DNA from: Psilocybe cubensis
Taxonomy: Eukaryota
Direction of reading: 5' to 3'
NCBI GenBank assembly: GCA_017499595.2
Contig: CM039003.1
Span: 1,674,001 to 1,738,000, forward strand
Length of the DNA: 64,000 bases
Below the pieces are notes generated by a model. That model searched no databases. It saw nothing but the letters and a program-made list of their open reading frames with translations, and had not been told where the DNA came from. This document shows positions 14,405-28,457 of the stretch, one piece after another. Numbering within the stretch: the first letter of the stretch is position 1; every line of letters starts with the position of its first letter. A program made the position numbers and the translations under genes.

Positions 14405-16208
14405 TTGGATTGTCTGGCTTTCGTGCTGGATTACTTTTTTATGTGTTGCCATGACTTGACGTGATGATTTTCCTCGATACTTATAGAGTACTTCTAAAAT
14501 CCATTGTAGCCTGTAGAAACACTCTGGAGGTGTTTGTTCATGTATTTACCAATTTTCATGTAGTTATAAACTCTGATGTGTGTATTATGTATCATTTGTA
14601 TTTTTAGCCATTACTTGCTTGTCGGAGCTGCTACGCCATCGTTCAGTCTGCATTTGCACTTGTCAAGATGGTTAATGTCTTCACTAGCGTATGTTGCTAG
14701 GAGTCTGAGGGTCAAAGCTTTATGTTACAGCCTAAGTAAAAGGGATCATTGAGTATCTTGGGCGGTTATATCCTTCAGTTTAATCTCCAAGGACGATAGT
14801 AACATTTGACTGGCTTTCAAGTTTACACAAAAACTGGCCAGGCCCGAGTAAAAGTCATTTTAGGCTATCTTGCTGTCGATGACATGGATGCCTATAGACG
14901 AGATGTACCGCTAGCTGTGAAATTGTCCATGCTTTTGAGTTCCTATCACACCGGATCATCTTACTATTACTACGAGTACTGACGTAGCCTGGCAGAACAT
15001 ACATTGAGCCGGACATGATATCACTCAGTATCTCAACCCTTGCGATGCTCGGAACAAACTGTGGGCAGAAATGGTTGGATAAGGCAAGTAATTGCCGCAG
15101 GCACATGTACTGTTCAGTTTCATGTCGAGCTTTGATCATATCTGTAGACAAATGTCAGATAATATCAAAAATGAGATGACGTGTAGTGGTTTGGATACTT
15201 GGATCAAAGTCAAGTTATCTTTAGGAGCACACTAATACACGGTTGTGCCGGCTCTGATGTTTTGATTTGTCGATAGCAACAGGTTGAAGGTTAGGCCTTG
15301 TGTTACAAAGTGTAAGACTAGCTGGAGTCCATACCTTTGAGTTAACCTCCTCTCAAATACGGAGTCTAATGCTGCATATCCGATATCGAGTTGTTTCTTT
15401 ACGAAAATTGCCAAGCCTGGTCCGCTACTATAACAGGTATGTTATCTTCCATATTTGATCCGCTGGAGATAGTTATAAATAGAATATCTTGGCGAGCAAC
15501 AAATATAGAACACTGTGGGGTAACTAATGTTTGTCTGTTAGTTGTCCCTTGAATCAACTGTGATCATGTTCTTGATTGCGTTGAGAGATACTAAAAATGC
15601 ATGTTAAGTACGAATCACTGCAGACAGTTACCGCCATCTTTGATAACGCAAAGGTTCATTGATTGCTCTAAGTTCTGACACTACAACAGTACTTACCACA
15701 ACAGAATAGCCGCTGGTCAATAAAGTCCACAAGAGTGTATTGAATCTAGTGACCACCCGACTTGTTTGTGCTTTGAAGGCCCCAAGTAATGTCAAACATC
15801 TACTCGAGGTAAATCCCCTTTATGGGCATCTGTAAGCCATATTTGTCCTAATCTTTTCATAGCCGCCGTGTATCGATAGCCGCCTCGGGTTGTGGGGGCA
15901 GGAACGTTGCTTACTAATCCCTTTTCTGGCACTTCGGAGTCCGGACCCCTGCCTGTGCTCAACTCCCAGCATCATTGCACTTGGTTTCTGTTTCTCCTCA
16001 TTTTATCCATGAAGCCTGTTCTTCAGGATATCTATCTGGAGATCTTGGGTGAGTCTGTTTTGTATAAAACGCTTGTACTTTCAATCGTAGTCTTCGCACC
16101 TTGACTTCGTTTTCCTTAATTTGCCTTCGTTTTTAATCTTCTTTTCCTTAATTGCTTCGGCTGTGCCGCACCCCTTTCTTTTCTTCTATTATTTTTTTTA
16201 ATTCAAAG

Positions 16209-18130
16209 ATGCAGCTTCGCACAAAATTTCTCTCTTTGCTTACATCCCTTTCCTTCGGTATTAGTAGCTTTGCTGTCCCTGTGCAGCGAACCCAGGCTCT
16301 TCAGGGGAGACAAGATGCCTCGACAACAAAGTTTGTTGTCGCCCACCATATTGTGGGAAACACCTTCCCATACACCATACAGGATTGGGCGGACGACATC
16401 ACCCTTGCCCACGCCTCGGGAATCGATGGCTTCGCCTTGAACTTGGGACCTGATGATTTCCAGAAAGCTCGTATTGCAGATGCGTACGTGAATCCGATTT
16501 GAAATCGTCCGAACTTGATCGAAGGATTAACTCGTTATTGTATCCTTAGGTATCAAGCTGCACAAAATTCTGGTCTTGGTTTCAAAATGTTCCTATCTTT
16601 GGATATGTCGTATGTTCAATTTCTTTGGTCGCATAGAATGGTAATGGTAAAGTGATAATCAATCAGAGTTTTCCCTTGTGCCACGCCCGATGATGCCCAA
16701 GCTTTGCGAACACTGGTTAATACCTATGTGTCCCATCCAAACCAGCTGCAATTTAATTCAAAAGCATTCGTTTCTACCTTCGCCGGAGAATCTTGTACTT
16801 TCGGCCAGGACAGCGTCCCAGATGGCTGGAGGTCACAGTTCACCCAGAACCCAGATCTTCAAGGCAAAATCTTCTTTGCGCCTTCCTTCTTCATCGATCC
16901 TGCAACCTTTGTCGACTTTACGGGTGTCATGGATGGCGATTTTAACGTAGGCGATCTTTCCTCAAGCCGTCATTTCAATGCTTGAATTAATAATATCCTA
17001 TCAGTTCAACTCAGGATGGCCTATACAGGTTACTACCGCTTTTGCTCAAAACGCAGAGGCTACAGCAACGCCTGCAGACAAAGACCCCAGCAACCTTGGA
17101 ATTGTAACTGACAGTCCAGCAGATGCCGTACCAGATCCTACCATCTCCACCTTGGAGAATGCTGTCGCTGCAGTCATCGGCGACCAACATCTGGCCCTAT
17201 CCAAGTTTATCGGTTCGACCGACACGGACAATCAGCATCTGTCAGGCCTTGCAGCTCTGTCCGCAGCGGATGGCGGAGTGAAAAAAGGATATATGGCCGC
17301 TGTTGCCCCTTGGTTCTTCACACATTTCGGTGCTGATTCTTTCAATAAAAATGTAAGAGTCAAACCAGCATTGATATATGCACCCGATACTCACTCTACA
17401 ACTTGGTTTAGTTCATTTTCCTAGATGACCAGCATCTCTACGCGAAAAGATGGGATTCTTTGATTGCTCAACGTGACCTCTTTGACATTGTCGAGATCGT
17501 TACTTGGAACGATTATGGAGAATCTCACTATGTTGGACCTATCAAAGGCGACCAGCCCCCTCAGAGCAGAGTTTGGACAGATGGATTCGATCATACTGGT
17601 CAGTGCCATCTCTGTTTTTCGACCTGACAATATATGTTTAAAAGTCTCATAGCCTGGCTCGAACTTACTCAATATTATGCAACTGCATACAAAACTGGCT
17701 CCTTCCCAGAGGTCCCCAAGGACAAAATTGTCATGTGGTCCCGCCCTCATTCGACAACCGCGCAGGCCCCTGACCCAGTCCCACAACCTACTAACTTCGA
17801 AATTGTGAGTACTCCTATGTGTATACGGGAATAGATGTTCAACGTCAATTCTGCGATGCTTAGCTTCAAGATGCTGTCTGGGCAATCGTCATGACCACAG
17901 CACCTGCTTCCGTCGTCCTCTCCACCTCCGCCACCAACTCCTTGACCTTCCAAGTCCCAGCCGGCGTCTCCAAACTCGCCATCCCAATTGCACCAGGAGA
18001 CACAATGAGCGGTGAAATTCAACGCGACGGGCAGACTGTCGTCAGTCTCAACCCCTCCGGCTTTTCGTTCAACCCCAACCCGCAAACTTTCAACTTCAAC
18101 GCGTTTGTTGCTAGTGCCACTGCGCCTTGA
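16209..18130 (+). CDS. Secreted GH71 alpha-1,3-glucanase (copy 2, tandem paralog)
   Basis: Signal peptide MQLRTKFLSLL. Same motifs (VVAHHIVGNT, GIDGFALN, YMAAVAPWFFTH, TWNDYGESHY) and same intron positions as copy 1. Confidence 0.95.
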
Positions 18131-18312
18131 ATATCATAATGATTTATTACCTTATTTATTTTGTTGCGGCTGTCACATGCATGTATAAAACCACATTACC
18201 ACATTTTGTTTGACTCCAATGCTTCAAAGTTCGAACAGAGCGCCAGGAAAAGAGGGACAGCGACAATTAAAAGCTGAATATACCGAAGGAGGCAAAGTTA
18301 CAACGAAAAGCA

Positions 18313-19625
18313 TCAGAAAATGGGTATATAGTCCTGTATCCTGTCCTTCGCATCTTGAGCGATACATTCCGCGATCCAGGTCAAGTTGCGGATCTCCTGC
18401 TCCTTCAGTTTCATATAACCATAGAAAATGCCGTATTGGAACTGTTGCAAGAAAGCTTGTTTGTTCAGGTGCACCTCAGTACGGAAAAATCGATCTTCGA
18501 GGTAGGATGCGGCGGCATGTTCGTCATATCCGTTCCCGGTTCCATTGCCTTGCGATGAGCCCGCCTCAGAGAAAAAGGACCTGTACTCGGAGACACTTTC
18601 GCATGCAATACGAACTTGATCCATCTCGTCTGCCCTTGCGAGTTGGTTGTTGCCTTCGGGCCAGAGACGTCCAATGGAGGGGAATAGCTTGGCGCGCTGC
18701 TCCTTTGAAAGCTCGGTGTTGAAGGAATTAATGGTGATGTTCACAGTACGCCGGTCAGCTTCAAATTCCAAAATTTTGTGCATTACATCTGAAGTTGGTG
18801 ATCCAAGTGTGGTGCAGAAGTTGTAGAAGTCTTCAAGGTAGGCCTTGTAAACAGTGTTACGAATAATCTCAATGTTGAGGTCATCAAGATCAGCAGCAGA
18901 AAGGCAATCCCGGAAATACGGAGCTAAATAAGAAGGTAAGAAGGACGGGGGAAGTACAACGGTATTACTGCGCACCAAGGGGGGTTTCTACCAAGACACT
19001 TTGGTACAATTCCTCGACATTTGTAGCCACGCATAGAGCTGCCATAGTGTCAAACTCTCCCAGAGGATGGCAGCGTTCAAGCAGCTCGTGGGTGTCGCGT
19101 TCATGCAGCGTTCCAGTAATTAGCAAAACGACATTGTCGATCATGTAGGCATATCTGTTCGAAAACCATTCATTTCAGCCACTGTACAACGCCTAAGACA
19201 GTTAAAGCGCACGTAATATATTCCAAAAACTTGGACAATGGTTGTACTGCATTGTTCCTCAAATAATTGAACTGGTCAACCAAGATTTGTGTCGCCTTAT
19301 CCGCGATGGTTGAAGTCGAGATTGGTGAAGGCTCGTTGGCGAGGAAGTTACCGTAGTCTGTTGCAGACAACTGTGTTCGAAAATCTTTCATATTGTTCAA
19401 CACCTCGTTGTAAGATGCTAATGAAATGTAGTGACGTACCTTCCAGTGTTTCGCACTGTGTCAAGTTATTATATTGGTTTTGAGTGAGGATACCTGCCTT
19501 GTAACCCCTTACAATTCCCTCGAGAAAGCCATTATCGACCTGGAAATCAACTTTAGTGTAAGTTTAGCTTATTGAGCGATACACAAGTAAGGGAGACGTG
19601 TTACATTGAAGAAAAGTGCTTCCAT
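18313..19625 (-). CDS. VMA6: V-type ATPase V0 subunit d
   Basis: [73 protein letters not shown]...YIPIF. Confidence 0.97.
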
Positions 19626-20337
19626 TACTGTCGAAGTTGTTGAGAGGTTGCTGGTCAATTCAATGACGCCGGGACGCAGCCAGCATATTCTCACGGTCCC
19701 ATGCCATTCCGCCAAGGTTTGGACCTGCCTCTGTCTGCGCAAAACCACAATCTTCCTTCCACAGTCCTTGCAGTTGAAAGATTTCCAATAACAGAATGCA
19801 CAATAAAACTGATGCACCTCCATTAGCACCTTCCTCGTAGTTTGGCGACTTGCCTTCAGACTTGACATCAAGATCGTCAATTGACAAACAACTTTGCCCA
19901 CACAAAACAGATAATCTAAAAATATGGGCCATCAACCGGCAAATACACTCACAGCCGCACAGTAAGTCTGTGAAAGTCGCAAATACTAACATGTCAACGC
20001 AAAATTTTGAGATAGCGCTCGGAGAATCGGTCCTTGCTCACTCAAGTTGGCAATCTATTGGATCAGTCTGTTCACCTGACGGCAGATCTGCGGGGGTATT
20101 ATCACGCTTATTTTTTGCCAGATATACTTAAGAGAAAAATACCTGCTTCGTATTCCTCGATCCACAAGACTGACGTCTTAATTCCGTTCATGGCGCAATT
20201 TCAGGAACGTTTTGCGACACTCTGAGTTCTCAAAATGAACCTTTTCTATCCACGTTCACATCGACAGAAAACGTTTATAATGCGTCTACTGGAACTTTGG
20301 CCTGATAGTTGCTTTACCTCCCTTTCGCCGCCTTACG

Positions 20338-22675
20338 ATGGCAACTAAAGCTGCGTCTGAGAAAGGCTCCGACACGACCATTAATGACTTCGACACACCT
20401 GAAGATAGAGCTCTCGTCAGAAAGATCGACCTTCGGTGAGTGTTCACACAGTCGTTCATACATTGGCCTAATGTTAATCTTTATCTCTAGACTCCTTCCA
20501 ATCTTGACGTTGCTCTATCTCTTGAGCTTCTTGGACAGGTTCGTGTAATGGTTGAAATCAACGGGACGTTAAATTTACTTTCTTTCTTGTAAAGGACAAA
20601 TATAGGAAATGCCAAGTTCGTCTATAATATAACTTGGCTAGTAATGTGCTCGTACTGATCGATTGTTTATTCAGGATCGTGGGTCTCACAACGGTTAGAG
20701 ATTAATTGTTATTCGATTGGCGTTCGTTGCTTATCCAATTTTCAGGATCTTCACGTCTCGCCACCCGAATATAATACTGCTCTGGCCCTTTATTTTGTGG
20801 CCTATGTTATATTCGAAGTTCCTGCCAATGTGAGTTCAATTGAAAATCTTTTTCTCGCATAAATTAAAGTGTCTTTCAGATCATGTAAATCTCTTCATGA
20901 TCTTTTCATTCATAAATTTTAACTTTGATGCAGTCTGAAGCGCTTCAACCCACAAATCTGGCTGCCTACGCTTACGTTGTTTTGGGGAATCGTGAGCATA
21001 TGTCAGGGCCTGGTCGTGAACAAGGCTGGGTTGTTTGGGATACGGTTCCGTTAGTACATTACCTATTTCTCTTCCCATCATTTTACTAAACACCTATCAC
21101 TGCGCAGTCCTTGGAGTAGCAGAAGCTGGTTTATTCCCCGGCGTGATATATGTGTTTTCGGTTTATTATCGAAGACATGAGCGGAGTTGGAGAGTTGCCA
21201 TTTTCTTTGGAGGCGCTGCTCTTGCTGGAGCTTTCGGTGGTAAGATCAAAATATTTGTGCCAAATTTCGTGTCGTCTAAATTTCCAATAGGTATCCTTGC
21301 CTATGCCATTGGAAAAATGGACGGTGTTGGTGGCCGCAAGGGTTGGGAATGGTGAGTGACTCCCCAAGATCTACATATACAGCTCAATTGACCATACTAT
21401 CGAATAGGATTTTCATTCTGGAAGGAATATTGACTGTCGCGATTGCTCTTGTAGCTTACTTTATTGTACCAACTTGGTCCCACAAAGCAAAATTCGTGAG
21501 CTTCTCTGATTTTTTTTGTGAAGAATCAGGAACCTGATCGCGGCCACACTTGAATAGCTAACTGAATCCGAAAAAGCGAGGTTGTTTCAACGCCTCAATG
21601 CGGACTCTGATGCTGCACTCATCGAGAAATTTGAATGGGTCTACGTTAAGCAAGCATTGACCGACCACCTCGTATGGGGATACGCTATGCTGTTCCATGG
21701 CTTCGCGTTCGTGCTTTACTCACTGAGCTTGTTCTTGGTAAGGCCCTTCCAGATCAGGTGGACTTCCATTACTTATACATTTCATTTCAGCCCACAATCA
21801 TTGCTGGACTTGGTTTTGAAAGCTGGCAAGCACAACTGTTCGTTAACTACTTAATTCTGATAAACAATGCTCACGTCATGTTTCCTCAATAGAATGACTG
21901 TGCCTCCAAACAGTCTTGCCGCAATTTCCATCTGGGTAACAGTATGGTTTTCATCAAAATACAACGCACGAGCACCCTTCATTCTTGGAGCTGCGGTCGT
22001 TGCAATCATTGGTGAGAATACATTTCCACTCGCACCCTGAAATTACTCATCAAATGGGATTTGTATAAAGGATACATCATCTTGCTGACAACCAAGACAG
22101 GTAAGAGCCAATTAGTACGCATTATTATTTTATCTTAATCTTGTTTTCTTTCTATAGCTGGTGCCCAATACGTTGGGGTACTCTTTGCCGCCGCTGGAGT
22201 TTACACTGGGAATGCTCTTCTTTTGAGGCAAGTCAATCCATCATATTCATTTCTTTCCATTCTGTGCTAACACGTCGTAAAATTCAGTTGGCCTGGAGAG
22301 AACGTTTCTGCACAGACCAAGCGAGCCATTGCAGTGGCAATGCAAATCACAATTGGAGATATCGGAGCCATTGCTGGGTACGATATCTTAGTTGCAAATA
22401 ATTCTTGCATCCAGAAATGATTTACTTCTCATCCTTCATCCAGTGTGTTGATTTACAGGCCAAACTTCTCAGCCCATCGCTTCCGCAAGCCCCACATCAT
22501 AGCAATTGGCTATCTCTTATTTTCTGCCCTGGTCACCGTGTATCTGTACACATGGATGACCAGAGAAAACAAAAAGCGCGATGCAGCGGCGGTGGAAGGA
22601 AAAGAAGACGAAACCACAGTCGAAGAGAGACAGCGGCTGGGAGACAGACATCCTACTTACCGTTATGTCACATAA
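20338..22675 (+). CDS. MFS transporter, anion:cation symporter (Dal5/Tna1-like) family
   Basis: LVRKIDLRLLPILTLLYLLSFLDRTNIGNA, FEVPAN, LGVAEAGLFPG, GWEWIFILEG, C-terminal LGDRHPTYRY. Confidence 0.92.
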
Positions 22676-22928
22676 TAGCAGCATGCACATATACTATAGC
22701 ATATATAGAACCAACGATCTTCCACGAAATCTTCTACGTATTTAATTAACGAATTGCAACAATTTTACAGGTGCATGTGTGTTTGTATAGTATGAAAGTG
22801 TTTGTCGTAAAAGGATTGTCAACAAAAATAGTGAGCTGTACATGTATGTATGAGTGGAAAATGTTTACAAGTTGTGCCTTCGAAAGAAAGCACAGAAGTG
22901 CACATAATAATGATAAGTGAAGACAGGT

Positions 22929-25900
22929 TTAGGCATAAGTGGCGGTCTTGCGCTTCTTTGGTCGCCGAGACGTAGCATAGTCGTCGTCGTCTTCATTGTC
23001 AGAGTAATCATCAACAAGGTCATCGTGGGGGTATTTCTGCCGGGTCTCAGCTTCTTGCTTTCGAAGATTACGAAGGCTGTTGGTGAGAGACTTAACAAAC
23101 TCGTTCTATAGCATAGAGGTTTAGCAGAGGGATGCACAAGATAAAAAAAATAAGAACCTTGTTAAATCTACTTCGCGTTTCAGGATTCGTACAGCTCTCA
23201 AGACGCTTCTTTATTTCGGCACACTATTCCACCAAACGTTATTCATCGCCGAGAAAACTTAGAAAATTAGGCAATGCTTTACCTTTCGTGTTTCCACTTT
23301 TAACAGTTGCGTAAGATGCTTGATCCACAACTGTAGATGGCTTTCCCTTGGCGCCTTCTTGTCTTCCTGATCGTCGATCAACCGGTCTTCAGCGATCGCC
23401 TCGTCATCCGAGTCAGGCACAGCGTACGACCGCACCGACACCGCAGCGGAACGTCGGGGTCGTTTTCTCCCTCGAGACGTCGAAGTGGAGGGTGAGCTAG
23501 GAGAGTTAGGAGGCATGGAAACACTTTGTGGGGATTCAGATTTGACCCTCTGTTTGAATGAGGCTGTTTGTGATAGATCGGATTTCGATATGTATTCCTT
23601 CTCATCCACGTAAAAAGGTGCTCCAGCTTCAATACTATGATAGAGATATGGATTCTGGAAGGGGTGCGTGTGTTACATATGGTCCGTTTTGCATTGAAGT
23701 AATGACTTACAGGACATCTTCCTAGGCGTGCAAGCAGTTGGAAATGCTTCAAGGTAACAGGAATATGCGATGAGGAGTGGGAAGGGATTCCGCCAAAGTA
23801 ATCACTATGCATCACATAGTGATGAAGCATCTGAATGCACATATAATTAGTCAAGAAAGCATATGTATATTGACTCGAAGACATACATTGCAATTATCAT
23901 TAATGATAGCATGGGTCATGAAGATCGACATCACAATGCTCTTTGGGTCAAAAATACTTTTGGCCCATTTGCCAACATGCAATGGATCTGCAACAGAGGT
24001 TAATAAGAGAAGAGGAAGTCAGAGGTAAACACTAACCTTGTGGGTAGCGTAATTTGGCTTCCGTGCCGGATGGCCCATAATTGTAGAAAATTCTCCTTCG
24101 TGAACGAACGGGTGTAATTTCATCGTGTCGTATCATGGCTGTTAAAGACTCTTGAGTAATGGCACCCTGGACGATACAGGCTATGAGTCCTCAATTCACG
24201 GTCATGCTTTTGAGCCCGCACTTACTAAGTCCACTATGCTTTGAGCTTTGTTGGTAGAGTGTGGATCTGCATCTTCCTCATCAAGAGGTTGTGCTAAGAC
24301 TGCTTCGGCGCCCACGCATTTGCCGACTTCCTGAGTTGGTTTGGCATCGGGTTGCAGACTTTCCAATGTATGTACCTCGCCCAATCCAAAGCGCAAAAAA
24401 TCACGACAAAGTTTGGCGACAAATATCTGTCTTACAGGCGTTTCCTCCCAGCAAGGTAAATCTTCCAGTTCTACACTATACTTCTGGATGATCGTATCTG
24501 TGATTGTTTTCAGCAACGAAGGAAACGCCTTTTGAAGTCGATTCAAAAGCTTCCCCTGAAACCAGTATCAGACATGAAAGCATTCCAAACCCAATATGCA
24601 CACCTTGCACCCAATCTCCAAACACTTCAAGGCAACATCTTCCACCAGGCTGTCAATATCTGCAGCTGACATTCCCTTGGTGCCATCATCCATGATACCA
24701 ACTTCTTGTTTTGCAAAGTCAAGCACATAATTATAACGTTCAATGAATGGGTTGATCAAAACATTAAAGACGTCTTTCCGCGTCAAAGGCATGACTCCAA
24801 GTGCTTCCAATTTGGCTCGAATTGCTGTTGTTGACATGTGTAGGTTATCTGCTGCAAGAAAAACCAACACAAGGACAACCAGGCGTACTGCGACATCTGT
24901 CGAAGGAAAATCGGTGAAGAGATGAAGCAGTATATCGCCGGTCGTAACACTACATATTGACCGTGTCGTAAGAAACGTCTGTTACACAGAAAAATGCATA
25001 CATTAGCGTTTGTCTATTCAGTCAAAGCGCATAACTTACTCGTAATAGATCTTCAACCAATATTCTTGAATAGAAACAGCGCGTCAAAAATGGTCTCCGA
25101 AGGAATCAAACAACGCACGATAGATCAAAACGAAGGTCCCCTGACTTATCAAGTTGTTTCAGTGCAGCATAACCAAGTTCGTTTGTTTTTGCTTCCATGC
25201 AGACCTCTGCTGCAACAGTGCGTGTTACAAACATACTATCGATTTCATCAGCGTGATTTCTGTATATGATAACTTTGACATACGCAGAATCCAACTTGCA
25301 CAGCTCCCTCACATTTTGAGCTATATCTTCTGCACGGATATCGCTTGATGGTGAGGGTCGTTCAAACATCTTTCTAAAGACAAAGTCACGATACTGCCGC
25401 ATGCAATCAATAAAACTTCGGGAATAATTAGGTCGCTGACGAACTTTGTAGTCCAAAGAAAATCCATTTGCAGAAGCATATGGAAGTAGTCGAGGTTCAA
25501 TAGCTAGAGCCAACGGGAATTGAGACATTATTGGGTCCTAAACTCTGAGTGAGCAATCTGTTGGTATTTCTCCGCTGAGACCGCATATGGGATGCTTACT
25601 CGACTGCAGAATGGTATAAACTATGTAATGGTGTGTCAGTTTAACGGAAAGCTACAGCACGAAAGGCGTACATTATATGTGTCCATGAGGGTTTTAATAG
25701 TTTCCCAAGTAACTGACTTAATTTGCGCAGGTAATCGGCTTTCCTTTAAGAAAGTCATGAATATAGACCCATCATCTTCGCCCTGCGATCATGATTTAAT
25801 TATTTTCGAATTTCGAGATATCGGCATGGTTTACCTTTCCCCACGGAATTTGCCCATACCGCTGCTCGGCTAGTTTGAGGAAATAAGCGACGACCTGCAA

Positions 25901-26299
25901 GGGCATTTGTCGAACCCATGTTGTCTTTACGAAGTGATTTTGGGTGTGGAAGTAATGATGGCCTGCAACTTGAATTAGGTAACGAGAGATATGTGCACCG
26001 CTCGTTAGGAGAATCTATGAGAAACGAGGGAGGGTGAGAAAGTCAGACATAAGGCGTGGAGCCGGACAGACAGACAGGAGTTGACATACATCAAGGACCC
26101 TTTCAGTTACGACTTTCCCTCGACCCATGGCGTAGTACATGGCCTCCGCTGGACCATAGTGATTCAGGAAGTAGTGTGCCCTGACATATGGGTCTTGTGA
26201 GAAGCGGTAAAAACGCTGGGAAACGCGGGTGAAGGGGCTGGGATCGGGCAGTTCGTAGAAGATGAGCTGGAGGACCTCGTCTGGAATTGAGTTGGACAT
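22929..26299 (-). CDS. Uncharacterized protein with F-box-like N-terminus and basic NLS-like C-terminus
   Basis: Start MSNSIPDEVLQLIFYEL (F-box-like LPxE motif). Continuous spliceable exons. RGRKRPRR and terminal RRPKKRKTATYA*. Exact exon boundaries are less certain. Confidence 0.7.
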
Positions 26300-26605
26300 G
26301 AGAGCACGGGAAAAAAGGCGCATACACCCACCACAAAGACGCTCCATTGCACGGTGCAAGAGCCTCGCGACAACAAGTGAGGCTGGGCGCTAGGACCTAG
26401 CTCGACGAGAGTGTGAGGGTCGACGAGGGCGACGAGGGCGGTGGGAGACTATAGAAAAACAGGGAGCGAGAGAGACTTAAGCGATGCAACACAGTGGTGG
26501 TGGGTGGAAGACAAGAAGGCGTCTCTGACAATTCGCATTCGGACGGAGCTGAATTATTTTAGATAATTGGCTACCATATATGGTATGTAATTTAACTAAA
26601 TTATC

Positions 26606-27809
26606 TTAAAACTGCTTTTTGTAGAAGCTTGTCCAGATTTGCCATGCAAGCAGTCCATCTCGGCGCTCCAGTTTGGCGTCAAATGCATTGAATCCGGCCT
26701 TTTCCAGGCGCGACAAATAATTCGACACTGCGACCTGCTCAATGCACTGTTAGCTGGCAGTCCGACATAACAACGCACGTCCCACGCACCCCAGAGAGGA
26801 ACACCGGCATCGCTTCTTTAGGCACCCGTCCATCAGTGCCCTCGCCTTTCATGAGCATGTCTCGAGCAGTGTTCAGCTGGTCATGCGCGACAGTCGCAAA
26901 TTCATACACGGCGTCTTCAATTCCTGCCGCATCGCCTCCGTGTCGAAAAACATCCTCTTGGCTAACGCCGTGACGAGCAGTAATCTCCGCAGGGATCGCC
27001 ATTCGGCCGTGTTTTGCGTGGAAAGGGAGTGCCCGCAGAAGGGTGCTGAACGTTTGCGCTGCTCCCAGATGAGACGCTGCGTGCGATAACGTCGAAGAAG
27101 GTAGGGATAGCATAGACAACAAGAGGTAAAGCACAGTGCTTGATGTCGCCTCTGCATGCGACGTCAAGGAGTCTATTGTGAGGTGTGACGAAGTCTGTAA
27201 TTCTGCATCCTACTCAAATTAGAATTGCTCGACGTGGAAATGTCTCGTGATAAAGCTTACTCTCGCATCGACTATTCGTTTGAGGTGGTAGGCGGATATT
27301 TTTGAGGTCTGCGAGGTTTCATACAATGCTAAGGCAATCGGGTGCTTTGGTGGTCTGCCCTAGGAGACCTGTCATTAGGTGTTCATTCAGTAGAGGCGAG
27401 GCGCTGGGCGACGCACCTCGGATATGCCCTTAATGGCATCTCTCCAAAACTGCATCCTCATTTTCCCTATCATCGCTGTCGAGACATTGTCTTGTACTGT
27501 GGCAAGCTCCACCTATCCGTAGCCCAAGATTTAACCCCATTGTTACGTGTTGCAGGGCAGGCGACGCACAGAGAAAGCCTTGATAGCAAAAAAGCCTTTT
27601 TGCGCGCCTCGAGGATAGAAATAAGAGGTCAAGTAAGAGTCGTAGTCGTGTTTTCGAACAAACTCCCTGCAGTACGCGTGAGGATCGCTGGGTCCGGCAG
27701 AACCGTCAATGGTCGAAAGCCATCGCCCTTTGAATACATGCAAGGTGTGTTTGGGAAAAAGTTTTACACGAGTTGGGTCTCCGGAGGCAAATCCTCTTGC
27801 TAGCTTCAT
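26606..27809 (-). CDS. NDUFAF6: Complex I assembly factor NDUFAF6 (squalene/phytoene synthase-like fold)
   Basis: YCREFVRKHDYDSYL, FFAIKAFSVELA, GKMRMQFWRD, ASHLGAAQTFSTLLRALP, AVYEFATVAHDQL. N-terminus resembles a mitochondrial presequence. Confidence 0.9.
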
Positions 27810-28457
27810 CTCGGATGTTCCTTGGAACTATAGGTCATAGAAAGAGTCTGCTGTCTAGGTTGACAGTGACGTCCTGAGCAAAGTTCGCGCCAAGCTTCAA
27901 CCTTCGGAGCCTACTAAAATTACCACGCCTTACGTAACCAAAATAAGCACCCGCCAATAGCCATGTGGCAATTGGTCCGGTCCGACTCAGCAGTGTCACC
28001 GAGGTCATGGAAGGAACAAGCTTGAAACCTCATAGACCTCCATCCTCGGAATACAGCTTGACAGAAGCATAAAACTGACCATATGCAATCGAAACCGCAG
28101 GCTTTAGTGAAGAACACTATTTCACTATCATATGCATGTGTAAAACTATGCAACAACATTTTGCCAACAAAGTACATGCTCGAGGGTAATTGAAACAACT
28201 CCGAGTATTCAACGAGGCTTTGGTTGCCAGCGAGAAGAAGGAAAGAGACTGTCAACAGTCCCGCCAAATCGTAAGGTCATGATTTAGCACTACAGTGCAT
28301 TGAATGTTACAGAAAGCAAAAAGGATAACAAGTGGGTGATCCACAGGATCTACCATTGGGCCGAATAAGGTTGAGACGCTATCTTGGAGTCAGATTGAAC
28401 TATATTGTGGGGAGGAAGTTCAAAAGCAGTTCGAGGTATAGAGAACCAAGGAGGATA

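Noticed and set aside
14855-15414. Short ORFs between the GH71 genes, including a plus-strand CRRHMYCSVSC MYND-like string
   Set aside because: The Cys pattern is incomplete, there is no coherent exon chain, and there are no transposon hallmarks. It is indistinguishable from chance.
26606-27809. Phytoene/squalene synthase (terpenoid biosynthesis)
   Set aside because: No DDxxD motifs are seen and the sequence features match NDUFAF6.
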